Shown here one piece after another: positions 38,693 to 48,598 of a stretch of DNA of 64,000 nucleotides. Source of the DNA: Candidatus Hydrogenedentota bacterium (GTDB lineage Bacteria; Hydrogenedentota; Hydrogenedentia; Hydrogenedentales; SLHB01); the NCBI GenBank assembly GCA_045863295.1, contig BTWA01000012.1, positions 64,001 through 128,000 of the forward strand, written 5' to 3'. Within the stretch, counting starts at the first letter, position 1. Each line of letters begins with the position of its first letter. Below the pieces are notes generated by a model. It was given only the letters and a program-made list of their open reading frames with translations, was not told the DNA's origin and searched no databases. The translations under genes and the position numbers were made by a program.

Positions 38693-39583
38693 TCACACCG
38701 CCTTGGCGCGCGCTTGCGCCGCGCTGTGAGCTATGAAGATCTCATCCAACGATGGCGGCGAAAACTCGACCCCATTCAATCCCGCCTGCGCCGCGGCCGC
38801 GCGAAGCGCATCCGGTTCGCCGTAACAGACCGCTTGCCACTGAGAGTCCTTCTGCTCCCACAACAGCACGCCATCGAACATCGGCGGCTGTGTCGCAGCC
38901 CGCACCACGACGCGCGCGTGTTTGCCCATCACGTCCTTCTTGGGACTATCGAGGACAATACGGCCCGTGTGCACCATCACAACCCGATCGGAGGCCAACT
39001 CAACCTCGTCCAGCAAGTGGGAAGAAAAAAGGACCGTGCGTCCCTCATCGGCCACGGTCCTGAACACCGCCGCCAATATGTCCCGCCGCACGATTGGGTC
39101 GAGTCCCCCCGAGGGCTCATCCAATACCAGTAGTTCGGGCCGGTGCGCCAAGGCACAAAGCAGCCCTGCTTTGGCTGTTTGCCCAAGAGAGAGCGTCTTA
39201 AGTTTCGCCGTTGGATCGAGTTGAAACAGCTCCCGCAACTCCTCCGCATACCTCGCGTCCCACCGGGGATAGAATCCCTTCGTATACCGCATGAGCTCGC
39301 TCACCCGCATCCATCCCGGCATATCCCGGTTTTCGGAAAGATAACCGATGCGCCCAAGCACCTCTTCCGGATGCCTCGTGGGATCCAATCCAAATACGCG
39401 CACGGTACCCTCTTGCGCGCGCAACAGCCCGAGCACATGTTTGATCAGCGTCGTCTTGCCCGCGCCGTTCTCACCCACAAGACCGATGACTCCCCCGCCA
39501 GGAATCGATAAACTGACACCGTCCAGCGCGACGGTCCGGCGGTACCGGCGGCGCACATTCTCGATTTGAATCAGATCAGGCAT
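38693..39583 (-). CDS. ABC-2-type ATP-binding protein
   Basis: GENGAGKTT, LSLGQ, LVLDEP, SSH. Confidence 0.93.
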   Translation of the reverse strand: MPDLIQIENVRRRYRRTVALDGVSLSIPGGGVIGLVGENGAGKTTLIKHVLGLLRAQEGTVRVFGLDPTRHPEEVLGRIGYLSENRDMPGWMRVSELMRYTKGFYPRWDARYAEELRELFQLDPTAKLKTLSLGQTAKAGLLCALAHRPELLVLDEPSGGLDPIVRRDILAAVFRTVADEGRTVLFSSHLLDEVELASDRVVMVHTGRIVLDSPKKDVMGKHARVVVRAATQPPMFDGVLLWEQKDSQWQAVCYGEPDALRAAAAQAGLNGVEFSPPSLDEIFIAHSAAQARAKAV

Positions 39584-39776
39584 TTAGTACCCCCTACATG
39601 CATGGCCCGGCGACAAAGGCACAAGTATTCCGCCCTATCGCTCGCGATTCAAGAGCAATGATGCCCCCCGGCCCCAACCATCCGCCCATTGCGAATTGAA
39701 CCCGGCTTTGGCGTAGAATTCCTTGGAAATCACGCAACCGAATCCGCTCCAATCCAACAACGGAAACACCCCGGCC

Positions 39777-40796
39777 ATGAAAGAGATCGTAGACCTGCGC
39801 AGCGATACCATCACCCGGCCCACCCCCGGTATGCGCGAAGCCATGGCTAAAGCGGAAGTGGGGGACGACGTCTTCGGCGAGGACCCCACCGTCAATACCC
39901 TGCAACAACGCTGCGCCCAGTTGCTGGGCAAGGAAGCCGCGCTGTTCGTGCCCTCCGGCACCATGGCCAATCTACTGGCAGCCTGTTCCCAGACCACCCC
40001 AGGAGACACCGTCATCCTTTCGCGCGACGCCCACATGTTCCACTACGAGTCCGGCGGCGTCGCCCGCATCGGCGGGCTCATGACCAAACTAATTGACTCG
40101 CCCATTCTCGATCCCGATGCCGTCACGGACGCGATCAACCTCTCCGATGACGACCACTTCTCGCACACCACCCTCATCGAAATCGAGAACACAATGAACC
40201 GAGGGGGAGGCGCAGTCTATCCGCTCAAGACCGTGCAGGCGTTGGGCGCCATCGCCCGCGAAAACGGGATCCGCCTTCATTGCGACGGCGCCCGGCTGTT
40301 CAACGCAGTCATTGCGGAAGGCGTCAGCCCGGTCGAATACGCCGCGCCCTGTGACACCGTCAGTTTCTGTTTTTCAAAAGGCCTCGGGTGCCCCGTCGGG
40401 TCCATCCTCGCCGGCTCGCGCGAGACCATCGTGAAGGCTCACCGCTACAGGAAAATGGCGGGAGGGGGCATGCGCCAGGCGGGCGTCCTCGCCGCGGCGG
40501 CCCTATACGCGCTCGACCATCACATCGACCGCCTTGCGGACGACCATCGCCGGGCAAAACAAATTCGAGAAGCCATGGCCGCAATTCCCGGCGTCTCATT
40601 CCCCCTCGACAGCCCCACCAACATGGTCTTTTTCGACGTACCCGCCGCCCCGCGCATCGTGACAAGAGCCGCCGAACAGGGGGTCCTCGCGTTCGACGTG
40701 AGCCCAACCCGCATCCGTGCCGTCTTTCATTTAGATGTGGATGATTGTGATATGAATTGTGCCATCGAAGCCTTTCGGCGGGCCGTTAACTGTTGA
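39777..40796 (+). CDS. ltaE: Low-specificity L-threonine aldolase
   Basis: DLRSDT, PSGTMAN, ENT, HCDGARLFNA, SKGLGCPVG, GGGMRQAG. Confidence 0.92.
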   Translation: MKEIVDLRSDTITRPTPGMREAMAKAEVGDDVFGEDPTVNTLQQRCAQLLGKEAALFVPSGTMANLLAACSQTTPGDTVILSRDAHMFHYESGGVARIGGLMTKLIDSPILDPDAVTDAINLSDDDHFSHTTLIEIENTMNRGGGAVYPLKTVQALGAIARENGIRLHCDGARLFNAVIAEGVSPVEYAAPCDTVSFCFSKGLGCPVGSILAGSRETIVKAHRYRKMAGGGMRQAGVLAAAALYALDHHIDRLADDHRRAKQIREAMAAIPGVSFPLDSPTNMVFFDVPAAPRIVTRAAEQGVLAFDVSPTRIRAVFHLDVDDCDMNCAIEAFRRAVNC

Positions 40797-40803
40797 ATGA
40801 AGT

Positions 40804-40836
40804 AAAAAGCCCCGTTGCAAATGGTTCGGCGGGGCT
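40804..40836 (-). terminator. Putative intrinsic terminator of the nucleoside permease
   Basis: AGCCCCG/CGGGGCT stem followed by TTTTT on the minus strand, between convergent genes. Confidence 0.55.
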
Positions 40837-40858
40837 GTAGGTTTGCCATTCAGTTTTA

Positions 40859-42079
40859 CTACGCAGCCGATTCCACATTCGGTTTGCGCTTGTCCCAGAA
40901 TGTCAGAGCAAACACCACGGTCACGGCAAATGCCATTGCTGCGGGCACCAGCCAGATCTGATTCCAATTGTGCAACACGGTTCCATCTGATTCCGTTTTC
41001 GAAAACATGTCCACAATCGGGCCGCAGACAAAATTACCGATCAACATGCCAATGCCGTAAGTCACCAGCGCGATAAACCCCTGAGCGCTCGCGCGAATTT
41101 CGCGCGGCGCGGCCTCGTCCACGTAGATATGGCCGGTCATGAAGAAGAAGTCATAGCAGATGCCGTGCAACAGAATGCCGCCATACAACATCCACACGGC
41201 ACTGTCCACGTTGCCATAGGCAAACAGCACATACCGGGCCACCCACGCCAACATGCCGATGATCAACATCCACTTCACGCCAAGTCGCACCAGCAGAAAA
41301 GGCATGATCAGCATGAAGCCCACTTCCGACATTTGCCCCATCGTCATCTTTTCGGCTGCTTTTTCCATACCGATTTCATTCAAGAAGGGATTCGTGAATG
41401 TGTAGTAGAAGGCAAGCGGGATGCAAATAAGCAGCGAACTGATGGTGAACACGGCGAAGGCCGGACGTTTCATCAGGGTGATAGCTTCCAATCCAAGGAG
41501 GTCCGAAACATTAACCTGTTTGCCGGCACCTTTAGGTGGCGTACTCGGAAGAAAGAAAAGGGAGTAGATGCCCATCAAGACGGAGAGACCCGCCGCAAGA
41601 TACATAGGCGTGACCGAGGATTCGACGCCCATGCGACTAATAATGATGCCTGCGACAATCCAGCCCAATGTACCGAATACGCGAATTCCGCCGAATTGTT
41701 TCTCGACATCGGACATTTGGCTGAACGACACGGCATTGACCAATGCCAACGTCGGCATATAGCACATGGTGTAAGCCAGCAGGAGCACAAAAAATGGGAT
41801 AAACGACGTCTGGGTGGACGCAAGATACATCAGAATTGCGCCTAGAAAATGCATGGCCGCCAGCACTTTTTCGCCGGGGAAGAAGCGGTCGGCTATCATT
41901 CCAACAAAGAGCGGAGAAATTATCGCAGCCCACCCGGTTGTAGTGTACACCCATCCGATCTGCGTGCCGCTGAAATTGATTGAACCCAAGTAGGTGCCCA
42001 GTGTAACGAACCACGCCCCCCAGATAAAAAACTGCAAGAACATCATCACCGACAGCCGGATTCGAATTCCCATGTTCAT
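40859..42079 (-). CDS. Nucleoside:H+ symporter family MFS permease (NupG/YegT-like)
   Basis: MMFLQFFIWGAW, GMIADRFF, IRVFGTLGWI, LHGICYDFFF; start ATG 42079. Confidence 0.9.
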   Translation of the reverse strand: MNMGIRIRLSVMMFLQFFIWGAWFVTLGTYLGSINFSGTQIGWVYTTTGWAAIISPLFVGMIADRFFPGEKVLAAMHFLGAILMYLASTQTSFIPFFVLLLAYTMCYMPTLALVNAVSFSQMSDVEKQFGGIRVFGTLGWIVAGIIISRMGVESSVTPMYLAAGLSVLMGIYSLFFLPSTPPKGAGKQVNVSDLLGLEAITLMKRPAFAVFTISSLLICIPLAFYYTFTNPFLNEIGMEKAAEKMTMGQMSEVGFMLIMPFLLVRLGVKWMLIIGMLAWVARYVLFAYGNVDSAVWMLYGGILLHGICYDFFFMTGHIYVDEAAPREIRASAQGFIALVTYGIGMLIGNFVCGPIVDMFSKTESDGTVLHNWNQIWLVPAAMAFAVTVVFALTFWDKRKPNVESAA

Positions 42080-42250
42080 GGCGTGGCTCGTCCTTATTCG
42101 ATTGGATTGAATTGCGGTACCGCCGCTCAATTCGACGCGGCCGTGATACACCCCCAAAGTCGGAATGCCGCTTCCACTCACGGCCGCCAACGGCTCCCCG
42201 TCATGGTAGGAAATGCCCGGCGATCGTTTCAAGCGATTCTGGAGCCAAAA

Positions 42251-43603
42251 CTACCCAAATACGCGTTCCACCGCGCTCATGATCCCCGATGCCGTCGCCA
42301 CGCGCGGCTCAACCGCGGCCTCCAGCAATTGTTCGAGTTCATTCAAGGTGGCGAAATCCATGGGATCGGCCATGGCCACGATAACCTGACCCACAATCCG
42401 GCAAATGGGCAGGCACTTGTGTGACTCGCAAAACACCCTAGGAATACTCTTCGCCAATGCAACGTCAAAACTGCGGGTTTCGAATGAAGCCCGTGGTACG
42501 GCCATCTGGTCCGACAGGGCATTCGCGATCAGTTCCTCGTCCGCGAATCCCAACCGAACCAGCGTCATACCCAACCGCTCTTGGCCCTTGCGCTGCTGCT
42601 GCAGTGCCATCTGCAGTTGCTCGTCCGTGATGACACCCGCTTCCACCAACAAATCGCCGATGCGGCGCCCAGTCACCACCTTGGGCGGCGACAAAAGCAC
42701 GGTCTCGTTCTGCGGCGAAGTCTCGCCCCACGAGATGGACGAATCGGTTCCCTTCTCCGGGACATCACCTGCCGCGATGTTCCCATCCACCAGCGTGCCC
42801 GCCAATTCGGACAAGAATGCAAGGCAATCGGTTTGGCGTTTCTTCGGATTCTTGCGTAGCGCTCGCAACAACACCCCGTTCAGTTCGTCGCTGCAATTTG
42901 GAATGGGAGGGGGATCCTGGTTTTGGATCTGATTCAGGATTGCACCGCGATAAAACGGCGGGTGGCCGCGAAGCAATTCGTAAATCGTGGCCGCCAGCGA
43001 GTACAGGTCACTCCGCTGGTCCAACGACATTCCCAAAAGCTGCTCGGGACTCATAAACAAGATCGTGCCGCTCGTCACATGGCCGGATATGCGATCCCTC
43101 GCTTCTTGCGCGGTGCGCGCAATGCCAAAGTCGGCCAACCGAACCCGGTTTCGCCCATCGATCAAGATGTTTCCCGGTTTGATGTCCCGATGGAGCACTT
43201 CCTGTTCGTGTGCATGATGCAATGCCTGACAAAGTTGCTCCGCCCAAGGAAGGATCTCAGCGGCCGCGAATGGCGCCTGTCGTTCACGCAACAGTCCCGC
43301 GAGATTGCCTCCCTTCACGTATTCCATCGTGATAAACCGGTGTTCGCCCGCATCCCAAAACGTGTGAATGGCCACAATGTTGGGGTGCCGCAACCGTCGC
43401 GTTAACAGAACTTCGCGTTTCAGGTCAGAAATGGCCTGCGGATCATCGGTGAAGGACGGGTTGAGGATCTTTACCGCAACTTCCTCATTTTCGAGATGGG
43501 CATCCTGCGCCTGCCATACCATGCCTACCGCGCCACTGCCAAGAGGTCGAACAAGATGGAACCGGTCGGCAAGCACAGTGCCGGGTTGAAGTGGATTTCC
43601 CAT
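42251..43603 (-). CDS. Hanks-type Ser/Thr kinase fused to a MshEN/T2SSE_N domain
   Basis: GSGAVG, VAVK, HRDIKPGN, DFG, SPE; C-terminal RIGDLLVEAGVITDEQLQMALQQQ..RLGMTLVRLG and VAMADP. Confidence 0.88.
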   Translation of the reverse strand: MGNPLQPGTVLADRFHLVRPLGSGAVGMVWQAQDAHLENEEVAVKILNPSFTDDPQAISDLKREVLLTRRLRHPNIVAIHTFWDAGEHRFITMEYVKGGNLAGLLRERQAPFAAAEILPWAEQLCQALHHAHEQEVLHRDIKPGNILIDGRNRVRLADFGIARTAQEARDRISGHVTSGTILFMSPEQLLGMSLDQRSDLYSLAATIYELLRGHPPFYRGAILNQIQNQDPPPIPNCSDELNGVLLRALRKNPKKRQTDCLAFLSELAGTLVDGNIAAGDVPEKGTDSSISWGETSPQNETVLLSPPKVVTGRRIGDLLVEAGVITDEQLQMALQQQRKGQERLGMTLVRLGFADEELIANALSDQMAVPRASFETRSFDVALAKSIPRVFCESHKCLPICRIVGQVIVAMADPMDFATLNELEQLLEAAVEPRVATASGIMSAVERVFG

Positions 43604-43849
43604 GGGTCCTTTCTTCAGGGAGTGGCCCGCTAAAGCTAATAATCTGACCGATTTTGTAAAGAGTAATTCTATTTGCGCTCTTTCACTTTTTCAACCTTGC
43701 GGCCCCGATTCTGCCATCAAGCCCGATTTCCCCGATTAGAATGAATGCCACGAATGCCCCTTCGTCTAGTTCAGCGAGTCGGAGCGGAAACAGATCGGCG
43801 ACGCTTCCCCGGCGCCCAATCTGTTGCATACATTTTGGAGGAAGCACAA

Positions 43850-46585
43850 ATGAGTTACCACCGTCTATTTCAGGCGACGCTTCCGGTAGCTGTCTTGATC
43901 CTGGCAGGGGCCGTAAGTGCGGCGCAAGAGGCCGGCCTATTGCACGCCCGTGTCAGCTACGAGGGCGGAGGAGGGCTGGTTAAAGGACCCGATGATTCCG
44001 AATGGAGTTACGCGGTGACTAATTCGCTGATCCTGCCAGGCGACACCCTTTGGGCCGACAAAGGCGGCACCATGGAAATCGAATTCGCGGGGGGAAACTT
44101 TCTGCGAATGGCCGACGGCAGTAAAATCGAAGTCAAACAAGTCTCGCCCAGCCTTTCGCTTAACGGCTGGCTCGGGTCTTTTTACGTTCAGCGCGTGAGC
44201 CGGAGCACCGGCGATGTCACATTCCGCACTCCCGCGTCCGTAGTCGACGTAAAAGACGACTCGCACGTCCGGGTGGACGTGCTCGAAGACGGGTCTACCA
44301 CGGTGTCCGTGCGTTGGGGGCGCGCTTATGTGCGAACCGACGTCGGCTCCCCGGTCCTTCTGACCGGCGGCATGCGAACCTACATTGATCCTGGCCTATT
44401 GCCTTCCACCCCCATGCCGTTCGACAAGGCTGCCGAAGACGACTTCGATGCGTGGTGCCGTGAGAGGGCACGCCTGCTCGCTTTGGGCGATTCCGCTGTT
44501 CCTACGACAGTAGCACCTGCGCCCGCCACACTGGGATTTCGTGACCTCACCGCGTACGGCGAGTGGGTGACTCTGGACAATACGCCTTACTGGCGGCCAA
44601 CCGTGGTTGTGAACTACGTCCCGTACCGCTACGGTCACTGGAGCTACGTCCCGGCCTACGGTTACAACTGGGTCGGCGATTATCCGTTTTGCTATGTGAC
44701 GTCTCACTACGGCCGTTGGTCCTACAAGCCGGCCTATGGCTGGTTGTGGTGCTATGACTCTGCGTGGAGTCCGGCATGGTGCGTTACTGTGCGCACGGGC
44801 TCCCGTTATATGTGGTGCCCGGTGGATTTCTACGGGTATCCGGTCAGCTACGGCTCGGCTTCGTTCACTGTGGGTGGCGTCCATTTCAGCATCGGTGCCA
44901 GCACATACTGCAACGCCGCGGACCTATACTACGGTCCCTGCGCCACATACCCTGTTTACGGCAACTATGCCAATGATTGCGACGTGACCAACGTAAACAT
45001 CTGGAACATCTACACCGGCGACTACTGGAACCGCCAAGGCCGGCACCGCAATCCGTATTCAAATCTGAATTCGCCAATGACGGTGCGAAATTATGCGCCC
45101 CAACGCGTCATTCGCGGACCGGAATTGCGAGGCAATCAGTCGGAATTGGCCTCCGTGCGCCACCGGTCGCTGGAATCCAGCATGTCCCGCACACAGTTTT
45201 CATCCGCGCAGGCCACCGGCGGACGTGCGATCCGCACGGGCACCCAGTCCAGCAATCGTTCATCCCAGGTGCGTACCGCGTCCATTGAGCGCAACGTGTT
45301 AAATGAAACAACCAACACCATCGAACGGGTACAGCGCCGCTCGAGCAACAGTATCAACGCGGGCGCATCGGTCGTCGGATCGACCGCACGCGCCGGATCC
45401 ACCGACAGGGTCTCGCGTTCAGTCCGGCGCACCAACACCGATTCTTCCGACAACCCCTTGCCGCTCGGCGAACGAATCACTACGTTGCCAGGTACAACAG
45501 ATTCGAGTGACGGACGCATAGTGCTACGCGGTCGAGGTCGCGCGTCAGAGGATACGCAGGAAGACCGGCAGAACACCGAGATTTCGCGCACCATTCCGCG
45601 AGACAGTACCTCCGTGAGCGCCCGCGAACGCCGGATTACGATTGACCCCAACGAAGTCAACGCCAACCAGAATGAGCCAGCGACAGACGATGCGCCAAGT
45701 ATTCGGCACACCGAACCGGACAGTGCATCAAGTAATGACGACGGCGAATCGGGCAGGGTTCGCCAGACCACGCCACGTGACAATGATCGGGAAGACGGTA
45801 TATCGCGCCAAGTTCGCGATATAGTCCGCAACGACGACTCCGGCGCCAACAACAGGTCCTCAAGCCAGACCGACGACTCACCGCGCGTTCGCCAGACTGT
45901 CCCTCCAGCGGAAACAGGAAACAACACAAATCAAGAGGTCAACCGGGTTACTGAAATCTCGCCCAGAATTCGCGAGACGGTACCCGACGTGGACAACTCG
46001 TCACGGGAACGTTCACAGCGTTCGTCTCGGATAACCGAAGTGCGGCCCACGCTGCCTTCCTCGGTTACTCGTTCAACCGACGATCAACCCAGGCTTCAGA
46101 CCCGGCGGACCTTGCCAAGCACGTATACCTCTCCAAGGTCCATCGGCCCGTCAACGCCTCAAGCATCCGTCACGACTCGCTCAACCAACCGTGAAATCTC
46201 GTCCCCACGGATTTCTACGCCGTCGGCACGTATTCAGTCGCCTCGGATGGATACCAACTCCACACCAGTGAATCGGTATTCGCCTCCGGTTCAATCAAAT
46301 CGCGTGACACAGTACTCGGCACCGGTTCAACGGCAGGCGCCGTCCCCGCGTATTTCGACGCCCTCGGCCCAGCCTCGCATCTCGACGCCACAGGTCTCAC
46401 CGCGGATTACCACACCGTCGGCGCAGCCAAGAATCTCTGTCCCGCAAGTGTCGCCTCGTGTGCAAGCGCCATCAACTCCGAGAATCACTGCGCCGAGTAG
46501 CCCGTCATTCAATCGCTCGGTCGGTGTTCCCAGTTCCAGGTCCAGCGTGAACAGCAACAGTGCGACACGCGGACGCTCGCGGTAA
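43850..46585 (+). CDS. Secreted FecR-like + DUF6600-like protein with long R/S/T/P-rich disordered tail
   Basis: Signal peptide; PGDTLW...EIEF...LRM FecR-like part; YGEW...WRP...PYRYGHW...HYGRW...WSPAW; GGAGG RBS before ATG 43850. Confidence 0.75.
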   Translation: MSYHRLFQATLPVAVLILAGAVSAAQEAGLLHARVSYEGGGGLVKGPDDSEWSYAVTNSLILPGDTLWADKGGTMEIEFAGGNFLRMADGSKIEVKQVSPSLSLNGWLGSFYVQRVSRSTGDVTFRTPASVVDVKDDSHVRVDVLEDGSTTVSVRWGRAYVRTDVGSPVLLTGGMRTYIDPGLLPSTPMPFDKAAEDDFDAWCRERARLLALGDSAVPTTVAPAPATLGFRDLTAYGEWVTLDNTPYWRPTVVVNYVPYRYGHWSYVPAYGYNWVGDYPFCYVTSHYGRWSYKPAYGWLWCYDSAWSPAWCVTVRTGSRYMWCPVDFYGYPVSYGSASFTVGGVHFSIGASTYCNAADLYYGPCATYPVYGNYANDCDVTNVNIWNIYTGDYWNRQGRHRNPYSNLNSPMTVRNYAPQRVIRGPELRGNQSELASVRHRSLESSMSRTQFSSAQATGGRAIRTGTQSSNRSSQVRTASIERNVLNETTNTIERVQRRSSNSINAGASVVGSTARAGSTDRVSRSVRRTNTDSSDNPLPLGERITTLPGTTDSSDGRIVLRGRGRASEDTQEDRQNTEISRTIPRDSTSVSARERRITIDPNEVNANQNEPATDDAPSIRHTEPDSASSNDDGESGRVRQTTPRDNDREDGISRQVRDIVRNDDSGANNRSSSQTDDSPRVRQTVPPAETGNNTNQEVNRVTEISPRIRETVPDVDNSSRERSQRSSRITEVRPTLPSSVTRSTDDQPRLQTRRTLPSTYTSPRSIGPSTPQASVTTRSTNREISSPRISTPSARIQSPRMDTNSTPVNRYSPPVQSNRVTQYSAPVQRQAPSPRISTPSAQPRISTPQVSPRITTPSAQPRISVPQVSPRVQAPSTPRITAPSSPSFNRSVGVPSSRSSVNSNSATRGRSR
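46200..46500 (+). repeat. Coding tandem repeats of about 9 aa (PRISTPSAQ / PRISTPQVS)
   Basis: PRISTPSAR...PRISTPSAQPRISTPQVSPRITTPSAQPRISVPQVSPRVQAPSTPRITAP, conserved in protein but with varied codons. Confidence 0.75.
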
Positions 46586-46606
46586 GATCGAAAGGAGGTA
46601 CATGCC

Positions 46607-47527
46607 ATGTGCCCGCTAAAGGTGTACTCGACCCAAAAAATGGTTAAATTCACGGCATTGCTACTTGTGGCGGTTGCGGTGATGGGCTGTCCCATGTCTC
46701 CAGGTGGGCAGACCGACTACGACCTTGGATTTGAAGATGGATTCGCCGAAGATGCCTGGTACTGGGATGGATATGACGACGGCTGGTTTTCCGTGGACGC
46801 GACGAGTTACTACGACGACAGCGAAATCCCATACCTGGATTCGCCTCCCTATGATGCAGGCTATTGGGATGGCATCTGGTATGCCTACAACGACGGCTAT
46901 TTCGTCGACTACCACTATGCGTTCATCATCGGTTTCAGTGAAGGATACGACAACGCATATTGGTCCGACTACCTCGACTTTCTTGACGACGATCAACACA
47001 TCGAGTTTCGGAACGGCGGATGGGGAGATGGTTACCACGACGGGTATTCCGAAGGCCGTGTTTTCGGTGCCAATGACTATGAGCAGGGATTGCCATTCGA
47101 TTGGTTTGACGCACTGCTCGACTACGAATCCGGTACGGACCTCTATTTTGAAGAAGTGGATGTCGGAACGGGCATCTACGGTCCGGTCGAATTGTACGAA
47201 TACGGCGCGAATCCCAACGCGAAGTCGGCCGCGAGGTCGAATCGAATTCGATTCGACAAAGCCCAGCCCGCCATTCGTGACTACGGTGTACCCAAGGCTG
47301 TCGATGTCGACAATCGGTCAATCTACAGACCGCTGGATAGTGTGGCGCAAAATGACCTGAACGTTATGCCTGACGAAAGTCTGCGAGACGCGACTCCACT
47401 GCGCCTTACGACCTCGTGGCTGGATCGCGTGAACACCTACCTGGGCACAAAGGTGAACAGCGGGCAAAAATCCGAAACCTCAGGATCGGTAACGATTAGA
47501 AACCGCACGAAGACAGCCATACCGTAG
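46607..47527 (+). CDS. Tyr/Asp/Gly-rich hypothetical lipoprotein
   Basis: AGGAGG RBS; lipobox VMGC; repeated G(Y/F)xDG. Confidence 0.75.
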   Translation: MCPLKVYSTQKMVKFTALLLVAVAVMGCPMSPGGQTDYDLGFEDGFAEDAWYWDGYDDGWFSVDATSYYDDSEIPYLDSPPYDAGYWDGIWYAYNDGYFVDYHYAFIIGFSEGYDNAYWSDYLDFLDDDQHIEFRNGGWGDGYHDGYSEGRVFGANDYEQGLPFDWFDALLDYESGTDLYFEEVDVGTGIYGPVELYEYGANPNAKSAARSNRIRFDKAQPAIRDYGVPKAVDVDNRSIYRPLDSVAQNDLNVMPDESLRDATPLRLTTSWLDRVNTYLGTKVNSGQKSETSGSVTIRNRTKTAIP

Positions 47528-47550
47528 ATTCCAAATGGTCCCGTTAACGG

Positions 47551-47588
47551 CTCACCCCTTGACGTCAACTCAAGGGGTGAGATTTATT
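47551..47588. terminator. Hairpin terminator between convergent genes
   Basis: Perfect 12-bp stem CTCACCCCTTGA/TCAAGGGGTGAG followed by ATTTATT. Confidence 0.75.
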
Positions 47589-47618
47589 CAGGTAAGCGTT
47601 GCCCACTGAGCGGGTCAG

Positions 47619-48593
47619 CTACGATTTGAAGTGGTCAAATCCGCTCGAGTCAACAGCCTGGCCATCCAGCCTCACGCCGTTCCACGAGTCCGTAAATTCT
47701 CCAATGATGTGAACTTCGGTGCGAAACTCCCTGCGAAAGGCATCCATTACCTCGCCCGCGGCGTCCGCATCGAGAGCGAATGCCAATTCATAGTCCTCGC
47801 CTCCGGTCAAGGCCAATTCAAGCGCGTTCAGCCCATGGCTCTGACAATAGCCGTCAAGTTCGTTAGCCAAAGGAATCAGGTCCGCCCGCAAATTGACGCC
47901 GACTGCATGGTTCGTCATATGCCCGCAATCCTGCAGTAGTCCGTCGGTGATGTCTATCAGGGCATGCACCGAAGCATGGTTGCAGAACCACTGACCTTCC
48001 TCAATGAGCGCACGCGGATACAAGTGCGCATGTATAAGTGCATCGGACTCCTGCCCATTTCGCAACGCGTGCAGGCCGCCGGCAGATCCCCCCAAACGGC
48101 CCGTGACCGCAAGCAAATCGCCAACTCGCGCGTCTCGCCGCGTGATATAGCGCCCCGTGTTTGCATGGCCTATCACGGAAACATCTATGGAGATTCGGCT
48201 GTGACTCCGGGTGGTATCCCCACCTACAATAGCCGCGCCATGAGTGCTTACCGCGCTCGAAAGGCCGTGATATAACTCCTCCACAAAAAGAGCCGTGGTA
48301 TCGCCGGGGCAGGCCAACGACACCAGACAAAACAACGGCGCCCCGCCCATCGCGCCAATGTCGCTCAAGGCCGCGGTGGCTGCCTTCCAGCCGATCGCAT
48401 TGGGCGGACTATAGGCCCGATTGAAGTGCACATCTTCGACAAAGAGGTCACTGGTGGCAAGCAACAGGTGATCGAACAGCCGAATCACGGCACAATCGTC
48501 GCCGATACCTTCTTCCACAGTGTTTGTCGTGGGCAACAGCTTCCGGATATGTTCGATGAACCCGAACTCGCCGATGTCGTTCAGTGTCCGCAT
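47619..48593 (-). CDS. thiL: Thiamine-monophosphate kinase
   Basis: GEFGFI, GIGDDCA, LSDIGAMGG, GGDT, DITDGL, GGEDYEL, GFDHF. Confidence 0.93.
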   Translation of the reverse strand: MRTLNDIGEFGFIEHIRKLLPTTNTVEEGIGDDCAVIRLFDHLLLATSDLFVEDVHFNRAYSPPNAIGWKAATAALSDIGAMGGAPLFCLVSLACPGDTTALFVEELYHGLSSAVSTHGAAIVGGDTTRSHSRISIDVSVIGHANTGRYITRRDARVGDLLAVTGRLGGSAGGLHALRNGQESDALIHAHLYPRALIEEGQWFCNHASVHALIDITDGLLQDCGHMTNHAVGVNLRADLIPLANELDGYCQSHGLNALELALTGGEDYELAFALDADAAGEVMDAFRREFRTEVHIIGEFTDSWNGVRLDGQAVDSSGFDHFKS

Positions 48594-48598
48594 ACGCG

